IMG/VR virus record: IMGVR_UViG_3300037067_026010
Coordinates: 96,001-160,000 of that record
Strand: one strand, 5' to 3'
DNA: 64,000 nt
Source: a virus
Lineage: Duplodnaviria > Caudoviricetes
The translations under genes were made by a program, and so were the position numbers. This document shows, one piece after another, positions 26,607 through 35,495 of the stretch (the stretch's first letter is position 1; every line of letters starts with the position of its first letter). The notes beneath the pieces are model-generated. The model did no database searches, was not told where the DNA came from, and saw nothing but the letters and a program-made list of their open reading frames with translations.

Positions 26607-26834
26607 TTACTCCTCCACGGTAAGCTGGACGTGTTCTTTGAGCTGGGCCCGCAGTAACCGCCGCAGGTTGCCCTGCGGTGCGTTGACGCCTATACGCATG
26701 TCCGAGCGCACGCTGCGTATGAGCTTGCCGGATGCACGCGCCCGCACATTCTCGCTTACCTGTTGACCGGTACTACTCCAGATACGGGCCCAAAGTTGTC
26801 CGAGCACCTGGTCCGTAATGTGGCCTCTTTTCAT
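26607..26834 (-). CDS. Array small protein
   Basis: Ends QLTVEE with the core junction repeat. Confidence 0.7.
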   Translation of the reverse strand: MKRGHITDQVLGQLWARIWSSTGQQVSENVRARASGKLIRSVRSDMRIGVNAPQGNLRRLLRAQLKEHVQLTVEE

Positions 26835-27055
26835 TTTCGTAGGATCTCCTCGCAAAGCTGGTCCGCCTGGTCGTGCACACTCGTGCCCGTCGCCCCCAGC
26901 ACAGTGAATGCGCTCTCTGCATTGCTAAACCGCCCCAACACGCTGGCAAGGCTCACAGCCTCGATATACCCTATCTGGGGCATCTTGAGGATCTGGTTGA
27001 GTACCACCTGACTTTGGATCACGAACAACTGCTGTTCGATGCTATGCGTCTTCAT
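26831..27055 (-). CDS. Array small protein
   Basis: Paralogue of 27334-27564. Confidence 0.65.
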   Translation of the reverse strand: MKTHSIEQQLFVIQSQVVLNQILKMPQIGYIEAVSLASVLGRFSNAESAFTVLGATGTSVHDQADQLCEEILRK

Positions 27056-27311
27056 CGAATACTCCCGGAGGCCCCCCTAACGGCATACCCAACACCTCCA
27101 GCACGGCATCGACAATTGGCAGCCGCATACTACCGGATATGTCGGGCGAAAATGGTGCGTTCCATATTAGGGTGCCGGCCTGCCATCGCACAGCGTCAGC
27201 ACATGCGATCTTCACCGTCTTTTGCGTCGCGTACTCGACGGTCAGTCCTACGGCAGTGCTGGGCTGCCTGCCCACCTGCGTAAAAATTTGGTCGCGTGTG
27301 GATTTAGCCAT
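27042..27311 (-). CDS. Array small protein
   Basis: Paralogue of 27551-27817 (GPPGVFDED). Confidence 0.65.
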   Translation of the reverse strand: MAKSTRDQIFTQVGRQPSTAVGLTVEYATQKTVKIACADAVRWQAGTLIWNAPFSPDISGSMRLPIVDAVLEVLGMPLGGPPGVFDEDA

Positions 27312-27333
27312 AATGCACTTCCTCAGTTTTTTA

Positions 27334-27564
27334 TCATGCGCTCCTGTAGACAAACGGTGTAACTTCGTCATGGGCCTGCCTCAATACGATCCCGCGCATA
27401 CGCATCAGCGCGAAAGACGCACTGCCTACACCGAGAAGGCGCGGATGCGCAAGGTTACCGAGTGCAATTTTGCTGCACCTTGTCCACGGCATCATCACAA
27501 CCACGTCGTGTTGCAACGTTTTTTCTACCACAAGTATTTGCTGCTCAATATTACTCGTCTTCAT
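27334..27564 (-). CDS. Array small protein
   Basis: MKTSNIEQQ; QAHDEV.PFV.RS as in 29227. Confidence 0.65.
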   Translation of the reverse strand: MKTSNIEQQILVVEKTLQHDVVVMMPWTRCSKIALGNLAHPRLLGVGSASFALMRMRGIVLRQAHDEVTPFVYRSA

Positions 27565-27817
27565 CGAATACTCCCGGCGGCCCTAAGACCCGTATGCCCA
27601 ATGTCTCCGCCATGGCCTGTGCAAGCAGCTCGCAAGCACTGTTATTTCCGTGAGTAAACGCCCCGGCATGCACTAGGGGCCAGGTTGCCTGCCAGGCCTC
27701 GATGCCGACTGCGACTCTTACCATCCCGTGCAGTACATGAATGCCGTCCAACCACATACTGTCGCGGGGTTGCGTAACGACCTGCGCGAAAATTCGATCA
27801 CGCCGTGGATTACTCAT
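27551..27817 (-). CDS. Array small protein
   Basis: Paralogue of 27042-27311. Confidence 0.65.
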   Translation of the reverse strand: MSNPRRDRIFAQVVTQPRDSMWLDGIHVLHGMVRVAVGIEAWQATWPLVHAGAFTHGNNSACELLAQAMAETLGIRVLGPPGVFDEDE

Positions 27818-28076
27818 AAGGCAGCTCCTTGGATTTCTCGGCACGTCTCCACAGGGTCAGGGGTCCGGAAGGGAGGAGCACTACCGCCTGCGCGATTATC
27901 GAATCCTCGACTCTGGGCATGAGCCGCATCCGCATGTGCTCGCCTATAAGTCCACGTACCGGCGCCGACACCTGCATCCAGCAAAGCTCCACCGGCTCGA
28001 AATGACCGACCGTCTGGGCCATTACCTGCTTCGTAATTTGTTTCGCAATGTCGTGTTTAGCATCAATCGGGTTCAT
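27810..28076 (-). CDS. Array small protein
   Basis: Coupled. Confidence 0.6.
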   Translation of the reverse strand: MNPIDAKHDIAKQITKQVMAQTVGHFEPVELCWMQVSAPVRGLIGEHMRMRLMPRVEDSIIAQAVVLLPSGPLTLWRRAEKSKELPYE

Positions 28077-28287
28077 GGGCGCCTTTCGTATATGACAGGG
28101 CCGCCTCCCCTAGCAAGCGACGAAGCGGACGCCCTGCGGCGTTCGTAGGAAACCGCTCGATGAGCCACCGGGCAATCTGGCGCTCTAATTGTCGGTAAAG
28201 CGGCCGAGTAATGGCCAACAGTATTGCATCGTAAGGCCGCACGTAGCACTGCATGTGCATGTCGCACCAGCGATCTGTTTTATTCAT
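28063..28287 (-). CDS. Array small protein
   Basis: GGAGG SD. Confidence 0.6.
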   Translation of the reverse strand: MNKTDRWCDMHMQCYVRPYDAILLAITRPLYRQLERQIARWLIERFPTNAAGRPLRRLLGEAALSYTKGAHEPD

Positions 28288-28561
28288 GTGACCTCCAGGA
28301 GCCGTCCTCGATTTGCCCGACTATTTGTCCGCCGATGGCATCAATCATAGCAAGGCTTAGCGCCCTCCCCACGTTGCCGCGCCGCGACGCGAACGGGTTG
28401 CCGAACAGCAGCACCTCCCGCACATGCCAGGAGGGCACGAGGCCGACCGATGCTGGTATGCGACTCTCGATCTGCGCCCGGACTCGGTACTCCGTGTCCG
28501 TGCCCACGTCGATGCGCAACAGCGGCAGAGCGCCGTCGCCGCGAAGATCCATGATCCTCAT
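28280..28561 (-). CDS. Array small protein
   Basis: ATGA, GGAGG SD. Confidence 0.6.
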   Translation of the reverse strand: MRIMDLRGDGALPLLRIDVGTDTEYRVRAQIESRIPASVGLVPSWHVREVLLFGNPFASRRGNVGRALSLAMIDAIGGQIVGQIEDGSWRSHE

Positions 28562-28770
28562 CTTTTTGCCTCCGTTTCCTGCTGGGCCTGCGCTAACATG
28601 CACCGCTGAATTTGCCGCAAGACGACGTTGTTGACACGCGCCTTCAGCAGACGTTCTACGATAGTCTGCACCCGATGGCCCACTTCATAGCGTACTTGCC
28701 TTTCGTGATCGGGTTCCAAAGGCCAAGTCCAGAACACTATATGCGGCCGAGATCGGGTAGCTTGCTTCAC
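28558..28770 (-). CDS. Array small protein
   Basis: GTGA overlap. Confidence 0.6.
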   Translation of the reverse strand: MKQATRSRPHIVFWTWPLEPDHERQVRYEVGHRVQTIVERLLKARVNNVVLRQIQRCMLAQAQQETEAKR

Positions 28771-28982
28771 GGGTACAGCTCCTTCGCGGTGTGCGCGCGG
28801 ACTACGGCACGGGCCTGTTCAATAATGAGCGGGCGGAACCGCACGCGAATAACTGCGCGCACCCTGTCCATCGTAGCCGCCCTGGACTCGGAACTGATGC
28901 CTAGGTCGGCGCTATGCGAATCTGCCGAGAAGGGGCTGACAGGGGATCCCTGCACTTGGCGTAGTATCTGTGCGTACGTCAT
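28767..28982 (-). CDS. Array small protein
   Basis: ATGA; IIEQAR. Confidence 0.65.
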   Translation of the reverse strand: MTYAQILRQVQGSPVSPFSADSHSADLGISSESRAATMDRVRAVIRVRFRPLIIEQARAVVRAHTAKELYP

Positions 28983-29230
28983 CGTCCCACCTCCGCCAGT
29001 TCGTGTGCCGCGCTGCTCACTATATCTTGCATATCTAGGGTAGGTACGTCATACCATTCCCAGAAATCTCGGTCACGCATATTGCATAGGACTTCCGCGG
29101 CGACTTGTCGGTGAATCGTGCCGTCCGCAGGCGCCGTACTGCCCATAATGACTGCCAGTAGCTGGCCGGCGACGCATTCGTGAATACAGCATGCTCGCGT
29201 GATTTGTAATGCGCGCTCGTCAGGTGTCAT
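28979..29230 (-). CDS. Array small protein
   Basis: ATGA. Confidence 0.65.
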   Translation of the reverse strand: MTPDERALQITRACCIHECVAGQLLAVIMGSTAPADGTIHRQVAAEVLCNMRDRDFWEWYDVPTLDMQDIVSSAAHELAEVGR

Positions 29231-29472
29231 GATACGCTCCTACGGACAAATGGTTTGACGTCGTCATGGGCCTGGCCAAGCACGACGTGACGCACCGGCT
29301 GCAGCACCTGTCGCGATACCGCCGCCAATATCTGTTCTGCAACGCGGACTTGTAGCGTTAGTGCCACCCGGCCGTCGAAAGCTGCGCCCTTGAGCCCGCA
29401 GATAGCCCGGTACAGCTCCGGGTTGCACAGCTGTCGCAGTAGTCTCGAATGCAACGCGTGTTTGGGTGTCAT
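29227..29472 (-). CDS. Array small protein
   Basis: ATGA. Confidence 0.65.
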   Translation of the reverse strand: MTPKHALHSRLLRQLCNPELYRAICGLKGAAFDGRVALTLQVRVAEQILAAVSRQVLQPVRHVVLGQAHDDVKPFVRRSVS

Positions 29473-29702
29473 GGCGCGCGCCTTTCTATTTCGATACGCG
29501 CCTGGTCCTCTACTAAATCGTAGATGCCCCCGAACTCGGTGCCGTCACGCGTAAACTGTTGCGTATCCAAAATGGGAAGATGTGGCATCGAGGCGCAGGT
29601 TGCGGAGATAGCGTCGATTACCTTGGTATAGAGGCAATCGGAGACGATCCGCTGCCGCTCGTGCATCAGGGATAGCCGCATTTTTCTGGTTTTTGCTTTC
29701 AT
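29469..29702 (-). CDS. Array small protein
   Basis: Paralogue of 29699-29947. Confidence 0.7.
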   Translation of the reverse strand: MKAKTRKMRLSLMHERQRIVSDCLYTKVIDAISATCASMPHLPILDTQQFTRDGTEFGGIYDLVEDQARIEIERRAP

Positions 29703-29947
29703 AGCGCGTACCTTTCCATTTCGATGCGCGCCTGTGCCGTCACCAAGTCGCAGATGCCGCCAAACCTGGTGCCGGTGCGCCCAAACCGTTGTGCATCCAC
29801 ATCGGGAAGCGGCGGTACTGCACCGTAAACTTTCCCGTGGACAAGAGACAGTATCCTGCCGTAGACGCAGTCCTCGATAGTTCGCTGCTGCACGTGAATC
29901 GTGACCAGACGCTGCATTAGGTTTTTGCGCCGCGCGGGGCTCAGCAT
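29699..29947 (-). CDS. Array small protein
   Basis: GT.FGGI.DLV..QARIE.ER. Confidence 0.7.
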   Translation of the reverse strand: MLSPARRKNLMQRLVTIHVQQRTIEDCVYGRILSLVHGKVYGAVPPLPDVDAQRFGRTGTRFGGICDLVTAQARIEMERYAL

Positions 29948-29949
29948 TT

Positions 29950-30192
29950 TTAGATCTCCTGAATCCATGCGCCCCTCGCTATCTCGATATGGACCTGTGC
30001 CCCTGTCTCCACCAAACCGCAGAGGCTGCCAGCCGCCCTATCGGACTGAAATGGCCGGCCGCGGGCATCCAGCGGCCGCTGCACTGCAGCAGTAACTCGG
30101 CCACTGACATGGCGTAGCACCTGGTCATAGATACAGCTAAAGATATGCCGACCTAGACTGTCCGGCCACCGCGGCATGATATTGTTATTCAT
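29950..30192 (-). CDS. Array small protein
   Basis: TAATG overlap; distant paralogue of the two downstream genes. Confidence 0.65.
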   Translation of the reverse strand: MNNNIMPRWPDSLGRHIFSCIYDQVLRHVSGRVTAAVQRPLDARGRPFQSDRAAGSLCGLVETGAQVHIEIARGAWIQEI

Positions 30193-30446
30193 TAGCGCTG
30201 TACCCTCTGGCCTGTGGCGGTTGCTTGTGCTTCAATTGCCTGGCTTGCAGCCTGTTTAATTAGCCAAACGGCGCCATGATATCGGCTAAGGCCTCCACCG
30301 CCGTGAAGGATACCGACCATTTGCCGCGGAATGGTATCGATGTCAGCAAGGTAGACTCGGTCTTGCATCGGTCCGAGGCCGGCGGCCAATACCTCGCTCT
30401 GGCGCATAAACGCTCGTACTACAGCCGCCTGGCTCTTGTGATTCAT
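30192..30446 (-). CDS. Array small protein
   Basis: ATGA; QATAT. Confidence 0.65.
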   Translation of the reverse strand: MNHKSQAAVVRAFMRQSEVLAAGLGPMQDRVYLADIDTIPRQMVGILHGGGGLSRYHGAVWLIKQAASQAIEAQATATGQRVQR

Positions 30447-30715
30447 AGCAATTCGCCCTCCGGGAATATATGAAATACACCGCCTGCCCTGGTCGAGTGT
30501 ACCGTTTCGTGTTTACCTACGGTCTCATCGACAGCCCGGCAGAGCAGCCGTTGCACGGCACCTTCCCTCGCAAGGCCTGTACCGTGCAGGATGCCGTCCG
30601 ACACCGACGGATTATACAGGTTATTGTTAAACATCGGCAACAAGACGCGCGCCGCCACGTCCATGGTGCACCGCTGCCACATCTGTTGCCATTCCGCTAG
30701 TACTTTACGACTCAT
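30443..30715 (-). CDS. Array small protein
   Basis: GGAGG SD; ends PEGELL. Confidence 0.6.
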   Translation of the reverse strand: MSRKVLAEWQQMWQRCTMDVAARVLLPMFNNNLYNPSVSDGILHGTGLAREGAVQRLLCRAVDETVGKHETVHSTRAGGVFHIFPEGELL

Positions 30716-30923
30716 GCTGACCCTCCACAACTTCCTTTGCTTGATCCACCACGCAACGGAGTATGGCCGATGGTACTTCCTCCGCGGTGATTGCACGCTC
30801 CGCCCTGCCGCGCGTAGGTAGGTCTACCCTGAGGCGGACCGCGCCGTCCCAGTGCAGGAACAACACGGATTTCATGGGTGCCCAGATTTTATTGTGAACG
30901 CAGTAAGCAAGATGCTCCGCCAT
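30705..30923 (-). CDS. Array small protein
   Basis: Ends QAKEVVEG. Confidence 0.6.
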   Translation of the reverse strand: MAEHLAYCVHNKIWAPMKSVLFLHWDGAVRLRVDLPTRGRAERAITAEEVPSAILRCVVDQAKEVVEGQHES

Positions 30924-30964
30924 ATTACCGCCCTTTCATATAACGTGCTTTCGATACCGCAGCC

Positions 30965-30982
30965 GCGGTAATTAAGCACCGG
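30965..30982. repeat. 18-bp repeat copy 5
   Basis: GCGGTAATTAAGCACCGG; supplies the stop of 30972-31175. Confidence 0.88.
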
Positions 30983-31175
30983 GCCTTTTGTCTGTTTCTG
31001 CACGGGCTTGGCCTCCTACGAGATGCCTTACTTGCCCAACGCCGGCATCCCATATTCGATGCGTAAGCTGGTCCATGACCTCGTACATGGTCGCGTTATC
31101 CACGAAAGCCGGGTCCACCACACAGCACTGAATCGATTGGTGCCGCAGGTATTTATACAAGTCCTCCCCGCTCAT
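30972..31175 (-). CDS. Array small protein
   Basis: AGGAGG SD; RIWD...QVR..V..QAR. Confidence 0.6.
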   Translation of the reverse strand: MSGEDLYKYLRHQSIQCCVVDPAFVDNATMYEVMDQLTHRIWDAGVGQVRHLVGGQARAETDKRPGA

Positions 31176-31437
31176 CGGTAGCCTCCTGCGTACCTCGTGT
31201 TTGCGGCGTATCCGCCGGTAAGCGAGGCACTGTAACCACGTTAATATGCGACCATGCTGCGCCGCACACATTATCGTGCAACGGCCCTATGACCAGCGAC
31301 CACACACGCGCTCTAATCGCACGACTGCACTTGGCGGACACAAGCCGCTGACCCAGCACTATCTCAGCCAGCCGTTTCGCATCAATACGGTGTAAAGGTT
31401 CGTCCACCACTTGCCGTTCAATTTTGCTACGAGTCAT
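31153..31437 (-). CDS. Array small protein
   Basis: ATGA. Confidence 0.6.
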   Translation of the reverse strand: MTRSKIERQVVDEPLHRIDAKRLAEIVLGQRLVSAKCSRAIRARVWSLVIGPLHDNVCGAAWSHINVVTVPRLPADTPQTRGTQEATDERGGLV

Positions 31438-31682
31438 CTGCTCCCTCTGTCGTACGGCAATGGCCGATATTCCGTGTCTGCTGCAATATGCTCCTGCACC
31501 GCGCTACTCACGCTATCGTTAAACCGCTCGATTTCAGGCAGCCACGGGGCCGCATAAATCTCTTGGCGACCCTTCTCGTACACATCCAGCAGGCAGGTAT
31601 GCGCTACGGGATGCTGTAGAGCCACCATAATACGATTTGCCGGTTCTTCGTGTAATTGCCGGAATGCTCTGTTTCCAGTCAT
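31434..31682 (-). CDS. Array small protein
   Basis: GGAG SD. Confidence 0.6.
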   Translation of the reverse strand: MTGNRAFRQLHEEPANRIMVALQHPVAHTCLLDVYEKGRQEIYAAPWLPEIERFNDSVSSAVQEHIAADTEYRPLPYDRGSR

Positions 31683-31698
31683 TTGCGTGCTCCGGTAT

Positions 31699-32592
31699 TT
31701 AGACCTTGTAGGTCCTCGCCGCGTCGATGCAATCCTTGAGCCACCGTATCGCCGCGTGATACTCCTCGCGGTACTGCGGGTTGGCGGCGCTGCTGTCGGC
31801 ATAAACTATATCGATGGTCTCCGCGAACGCCTTGAGCGTGCAAAAGCGCTTGCATCCGCAGAAAATATGGAGGCACGTCCGCAGTACGACTACCGTAGTG
31901 CTGCGCCCTGCTGATCCAATGCCGCCGAACTGCAGAATACGCAGAATCGGCTTGCCGTTGTACGTGGCACCGTACAGGTCGGCAGAAGCAAAGTTGGTGC
32001 CGCTAAGCGTACTGCCGCTATTGAACGACGCCCCGGACAGATCCGCCGAGGCAAAATTCGCGCCGTCGAGTTTGGCGCCGTTAAAGCACGCATTTTGCAG
32101 ATCGGCGTACTGAAACTGGGCACGGCAGGTGGCTGACGTAAAATCGGCGCCGCGCAGCTGGGCGAGGTCGAAATGCGTCCAACTGCAATGCGCTCCGCGG
32201 AAGTTGGCCCGATTGAGCCTGGCTGTCGCAAAGTTGACGTGATGGCAATGCGTATAGGAGAAATCCGCCCTATAGCCGTCAGCTGCAGTAAAATTGCTAT
32301 GGTCCAGCATCGCATCCCTGAGCTGGGCCCTCGAAAAGTTGGCCCCGGTGCAATCCGCTCCGTCCAGTACGGCTTCTGCCATATTCGCCGAACGAAAATC
32401 CGTTCCGACGAGATCGGCGTAAGACAGCTCGATTTTTCGTAAATCGGCCTTCGGTAGGTTGCGATGGCGGAGTACGACATCCTCGTGCACCGTCCCTGCG
32501 GCGGCAACCTCCTCCAAAGCTTTCCGCAGTCCGCCCGTATACTCGAATAACAGCTTACCGTTGCGATTATGAATTTGCGATATTTTAGACAT
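31699..32592 (-). CDS. Pentapeptide-repeat protein
   Basis: Long run of A(D/N)(L/F)xx repeats; C-terminal GIGS..R.T...I.CGC..F.....F....Y..EY...I domain. Confidence 0.88.
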   Translation of the reverse strand: MSKISQIHNRNGKLLFEYTGGLRKALEEVAAAGTVHEDVVLRHRNLPKADLRKIELSYADLVGTDFRSANMAEAVLDGADCTGANFSRAQLRDAMLDHSNFTAADGYRADFSYTHCHHVNFATARLNRANFRGAHCSWTHFDLAQLRGADFTSATCRAQFQYADLQNACFNGAKLDGANFASADLSGASFNSGSTLSGTNFASADLYGATYNGKPILRILQFGGIGSAGRSTTVVVLRTCLHIFCGCKRFCTLKAFAETIDIVYADSSAANPQYREEYHAAIRWLKDCIDAARTYKV

Positions 32593-32633
32593 TTCATGCT
32601 TCCTTTCGTATATAATGCCAAGAAAAAATGGGT

Positions 32634-32894
32634 TTATTGCAAGATTTGCTGGGCTGCTTGCTGCTGGACGAGCCACTGTAGTTGCCCCCTAAGCTGCAGA
32701 GTGACTTGCCAACAGACTCGCTGCCAGATTTGCTGGTCAAGTTGTTGGTGGATTTGCCGGTTGATTTGCCGGCTGATTTGTTGCTTGAAGTTGCACGGGT
32801 CTTGGTAACCGATGTAATCATTGACTTGCTGCACTATTTGCTGCCGGCGTTGCCGGGCAAGTTGCCGCGGGCTTCGTGGTCTTCTTGCCTTCAT
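32634..32894 (-). CDS. Gln-rich core array protein 18
   Basis: QISRQINRQIHQQLDQQIWQ. Confidence 0.75.
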   Translation of the reverse strand: MKARRPRSPRQLARQRRQQIVQQVNDYIGYQDPCNFKQQISRQINRQIHQQLDQQIWQRVCWQVTLQLRGQLQWLVQQQAAQQILQ

Positions 32895-33124
32895 GGTTTG
32901 CCCTTCACGGTAAACACAGTCTGCTGCTCGATTGGATTTGCAATTCGCCTGAAGAGTTCAGGTACGATGCTCCAGCCGACGTGATCTGCAATTTCCGGAC
33001 TGACCTGCCGCTCGATTTGCGCCGAGATGTGTACGCTAATCGGTACCGCGACGTGCCAAAATTGCTGCATCGTTTGCCGGCGGAGTTGCTTCTTGAACCG
33101 ACGCTTTTGGCTTTTTGTCTTCAT
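32891..33124 (-). CDS. Core array protein 17
   Basis: ATGA; ends FTVKGKP. Confidence 0.75.
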   Translation of the reverse strand: MKTKSQKRRFKKQLRRQTMQQFWHVAVPISVHISAQIERQVSPEIADHVGWSIVPELFRRIANPIEQQTVFTVKGKP

Positions 33125-33339
33125 AACTCGCCCTCCACGGTAAGGTCGGCTTGCCGTTGAATCCGCCGTGCCGTTTGCACCCCAATTTGCTGGTCAATTC
33201 GCTGATGGATTTGCTGCCGAACTGTCTCTCCGACTTGCTGTGCGACCGGCTGCCGGATCTGTCGCCAGAGCGGCGTATCGGTTAGTGGCCAGGCTTGCTG
33301 CTGCGCGAGCCGCCGGCGCCTCGCATTTTTTGTCTTCAT
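33121..33339 (-). CDS. Core array protein 16
   Basis: Ends QADLTVEGEL. Confidence 0.75.
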   Translation of the reverse strand: MKTKNARRRRLAQQQAWPLTDTPLWRQIRQPVAQQVGETVRQQIHQRIDQQIGVQTARRIQRQADLTVEGEL

Positions 33340-33542
33340 GCCTTTACCTCCAAGGTAAGTGCGGCTTGCTGCCGGAGCAGCGACTCAAACTGCTGCCGGA
33401 ACTGCTCGATTTGCGGATGCATTTGCTCGATATGCTGCCGGATTTGTCGCCAGACCTGCGGATCGACTGGTGGCCCGGCGTACGGCAACATTTGCTGTAT
33501 GGCCTGCATGACTTGCCGGTCCATTAAATCTACTGTCTTCAT
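33336..33542 (-). CDS. Core array protein 15
   Basis: Ends QAALTLEVKA. Confidence 0.75.
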   Translation of the reverse strand: MKTVDLMDRQVMQAIQQMLPYAGPPVDPQVWRQIRQHIEQMHPQIEQFRQQFESLLRQQAALTLEVKA

Positions 33543-33742
33543 GATTTAGCCGCCGTGATGCGCCAGGCCTGTTGCCGGACTTCCTGGTAGATTGACCCCA
33601 GGCATTGCTGTTCGATTTGCTGCAGAACCTGCTGCTCAACTCGCAGTTCAGCTGGTGGGCTGACTTGCTGCTCTACTTGCTGCCAGAGTTGCTGCCCGTA
33701 TTGCCGGCCACGTAGCTGCCGAGTTAAATCTGTCGTCGTCAT
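33539..33742 (-). CDS. Core array protein 14
   Basis: TAATG; QQLWQQVEQQV. Confidence 0.75.
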   Translation of the reverse strand: MTTTDLTRQLRGRQYGQQLWQQVEQQVSPPAELRVEQQVLQQIEQQCLGSIYQEVRQQAWRITAAKS

Positions 33743-33936
33743 TACCTATCCTCCACGGTAAGTTCCCCTTGGCAGCAAAGGTGCTCAGCAATTTGCCAAT
33801 GGGCTCGCTCCAACGGTATCTGGATATGCCGCCACACCCGCTGCCCGAGGTCCCGGTCGACTTGCTGACGGACTTGCAGGCCGGCGTGCTCCACCAGCCG
33901 CTGCAGTTGCCACTCTATTTCAGCTTTTGTTTTCAT
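33742..33936 (-). CDS. Core array protein 13
   Basis: Ends ELTVEDR. Confidence 0.75.
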   Translation of the reverse strand: MKTKAEIEWQLQRLVEHAGLQVRQQVDRDLGQRVWRHIQIPLERAHWQIAEHLCCQGELTVEDR

Positions 33937-34166
33937 AACTTGTCCTCCACGTTAAACTGGGCTTGCTGATAGACTTGCCACGCAACTCGTCGCCAAACGT
34001 GTTGCTCGGCTTGCCGTTGGAGGTGCTGCCATGCCCGTTGCCTAATTGCCGTATCGACCTGCTGCCGAACTTGCAAATTGATACACTGCTCGAGATTCCC
34101 AAGCTCCGCCAGCTGCGGCAGTTGCACAGTCTGCCCGTTTGGCGGCTGTAGTTGTCTTGCTTTCAT
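33933..34166 (-). CDS. Core array protein 12
   Basis: Ends QFNVEDKL. Confidence 0.75.
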   Translation of the reverse strand: MKARQLQPPNGQTVQLPQLAELGNLEQCINLQVRQQVDTAIRQRAWQHLQRQAEQHVWRRVAWQVYQQAQFNVEDKL

Positions 34167-34387
34167 AAACGGTACTCCACGGTAAGCTCGGCCTGACGCT
34201 GTACGGGTCCCCGGATTTGCTGGATTTGCTGCAAGATATTCTGCTCGATGTGCAACTGCACTTGGGGTTGGTCGAGCACAGTCCTGATGAATGTTTCGGA
34301 CAAGTGAATGGCGGGCGTTATGGTCTGGGCAAGATCCCAATGCAGGGCCTGTTGAAGTTGCCAATGCCTATCAGCTTTTATTTGCAT
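34163..34387 (-). CDS. Core array protein 11
   Basis: Ends QAELTVEYRL. Confidence 0.75.
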   Translation of the reverse strand: MQIKADRHWQLQQALHWDLAQTITPAIHLSETFIRTVLDQPQVQLHIEQNILQQIQQIRGPVQRQAELTVEYRL

Positions 34388-34602
34388 AACGTGTCCTCCA
34401 CGACAAGGCCGGCTTGCTGCTGCACAGGGCGTCGGAACGGCCACCGGAGCAGCCAGGTCTGCGGCGCGACCTGCTGCTCGATCTGGTCTTGAACGTGCCC
34501 TGCCACTCGCCGATCGGCCGCACGCCCGACCTGCCCCAGCAACCCTTGCACCATCCCCCAGGGTTGCAGAATTTGCTGTACAGGGGTATTCGCTATCTTC
34601 AT
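34378..34602 (-). CDS. Core array protein 10
   Basis: Ends QAGLVVEDTLCK. Confidence 0.75.
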   Translation of the reverse strand: MKIANTPVQQILQPWGMVQGLLGQVGRAADRRVAGHVQDQIEQQVAPQTWLLRWPFRRPVQQQAGLVVEDTLCK

Positions 34603-34826
34603 GATTTGCCCTCCAGAACGCGCTGTGTTTGTTGCAGGATGGGTTGTCGGAGGTCCCGCATAGCTTGCCAGTCGAACTGCTGGGCAATCTGGCGCTGGAC
34701 CTGCTGCTGAACCTGTTGCTCGGCACGAGCAGCCGGGTCCCAAATTTGCTGACTGATGGGCAGTTCGACCTGCTGCCAGACTTGTTGCGCGATTCGCCGG
34801 GCAACGTGGCGTGCTACTGGCTTCAT
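34599..34826 (-). CDS. Core array protein 9
   Basis: Ends VLEGKS. Confidence 0.75.
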   Translation of the reverse strand: MKPVARHVARRIAQQVWQQVELPISQQIWDPAARAEQQVQQQVQRQIAQQFDWQAMRDLRQPILQQTQRVLEGKS

Positions 34827-35044
34827 AGCTTGTCCTCCACGGTAAGTTTGACTTGCTGGCAGACCTGCCACGAGGCTTGCCGCCATACCGGCGGCACGAC
34901 ATGCGGGGAGGATCGCGCACGATCCCGGACTAGGACGTGTTGTATCATCTGCTCGTCCATGTATTCGCCCCCCAGCGGTTGTGCCAGGACACGTTCCCAA
35001 ATCTGCTGACATACCTGCTCCCAGATCTGCTCAGCTGTCGTCAT
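34823..35044 (-). CDS. Core array protein 8
   Basis: Ends KLTVEDKL. Confidence 0.75.
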   Translation of the reverse strand: MTTAEQIWEQVCQQIWERVLAQPLGGEYMDEQMIQHVLVRDRARSSPHVVPPVWRQASWQVCQQVKLTVEDKL

Positions 35045-35271
35045 GGCTTGCCCTCCGTGGTGAGTATAATTTGCGGTTGGACGACCGGCTTAATCCGCCG
35101 GGCAATCTGCCGTTCGTATAGCTGCACAGCGATGTGCGTGCGCAACGTCGCCTGGACTTGTTGCTCCACTGGATGGTACGTACGGCACCCAACCTGCTCA
35201 AACACTTGTGCCTGGGTATACTCCCAGATTTGCTCCCATATCCGTTGCTCAAGCCCCTCTGCCGTCTTCAT
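35041..35271 (-). CDS. Core array protein 7
   Basis: Ends LTTEGKP. Confidence 0.75.
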   Translation of the reverse strand: MKTAEGLEQRIWEQIWEYTQAQVFEQVGCRTYHPVEQQVQATLRTHIAVQLYERQIARRIKPVVQPQIILTTEGKP

Positions 35272-35495
35272 GGCTTGTCCCCCACGATAAGTGTAATGTG
35301 CTCGTGCATCGCCGCCCGGATTTGTTGTACCGCTCGCAGGGTAGCTTGGTTCCTGACCTGCCACAGCACTTGTGCCGGGAGCTGCTTACAGATCTGCCTC
35401 CAGATTGGATCCCAGATCTGCGGCGTGATCCGCAGCGAGCCGTGTTCCCAGGTTTGCTTCAGTATCTGCTGCTTGCGTATCTTTGTTGGCTTCAT
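35268..35495 (-). CDS. Core array protein 6
   Basis: Ends LIVGDKP. Confidence 0.75.
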   Translation of the reverse strand: MKPTKIRKQQILKQTWEHGSLRITPQIWDPIWRQICKQLPAQVLWQVRNQATLRAVQQIRAAMHEHITLIVGDKP

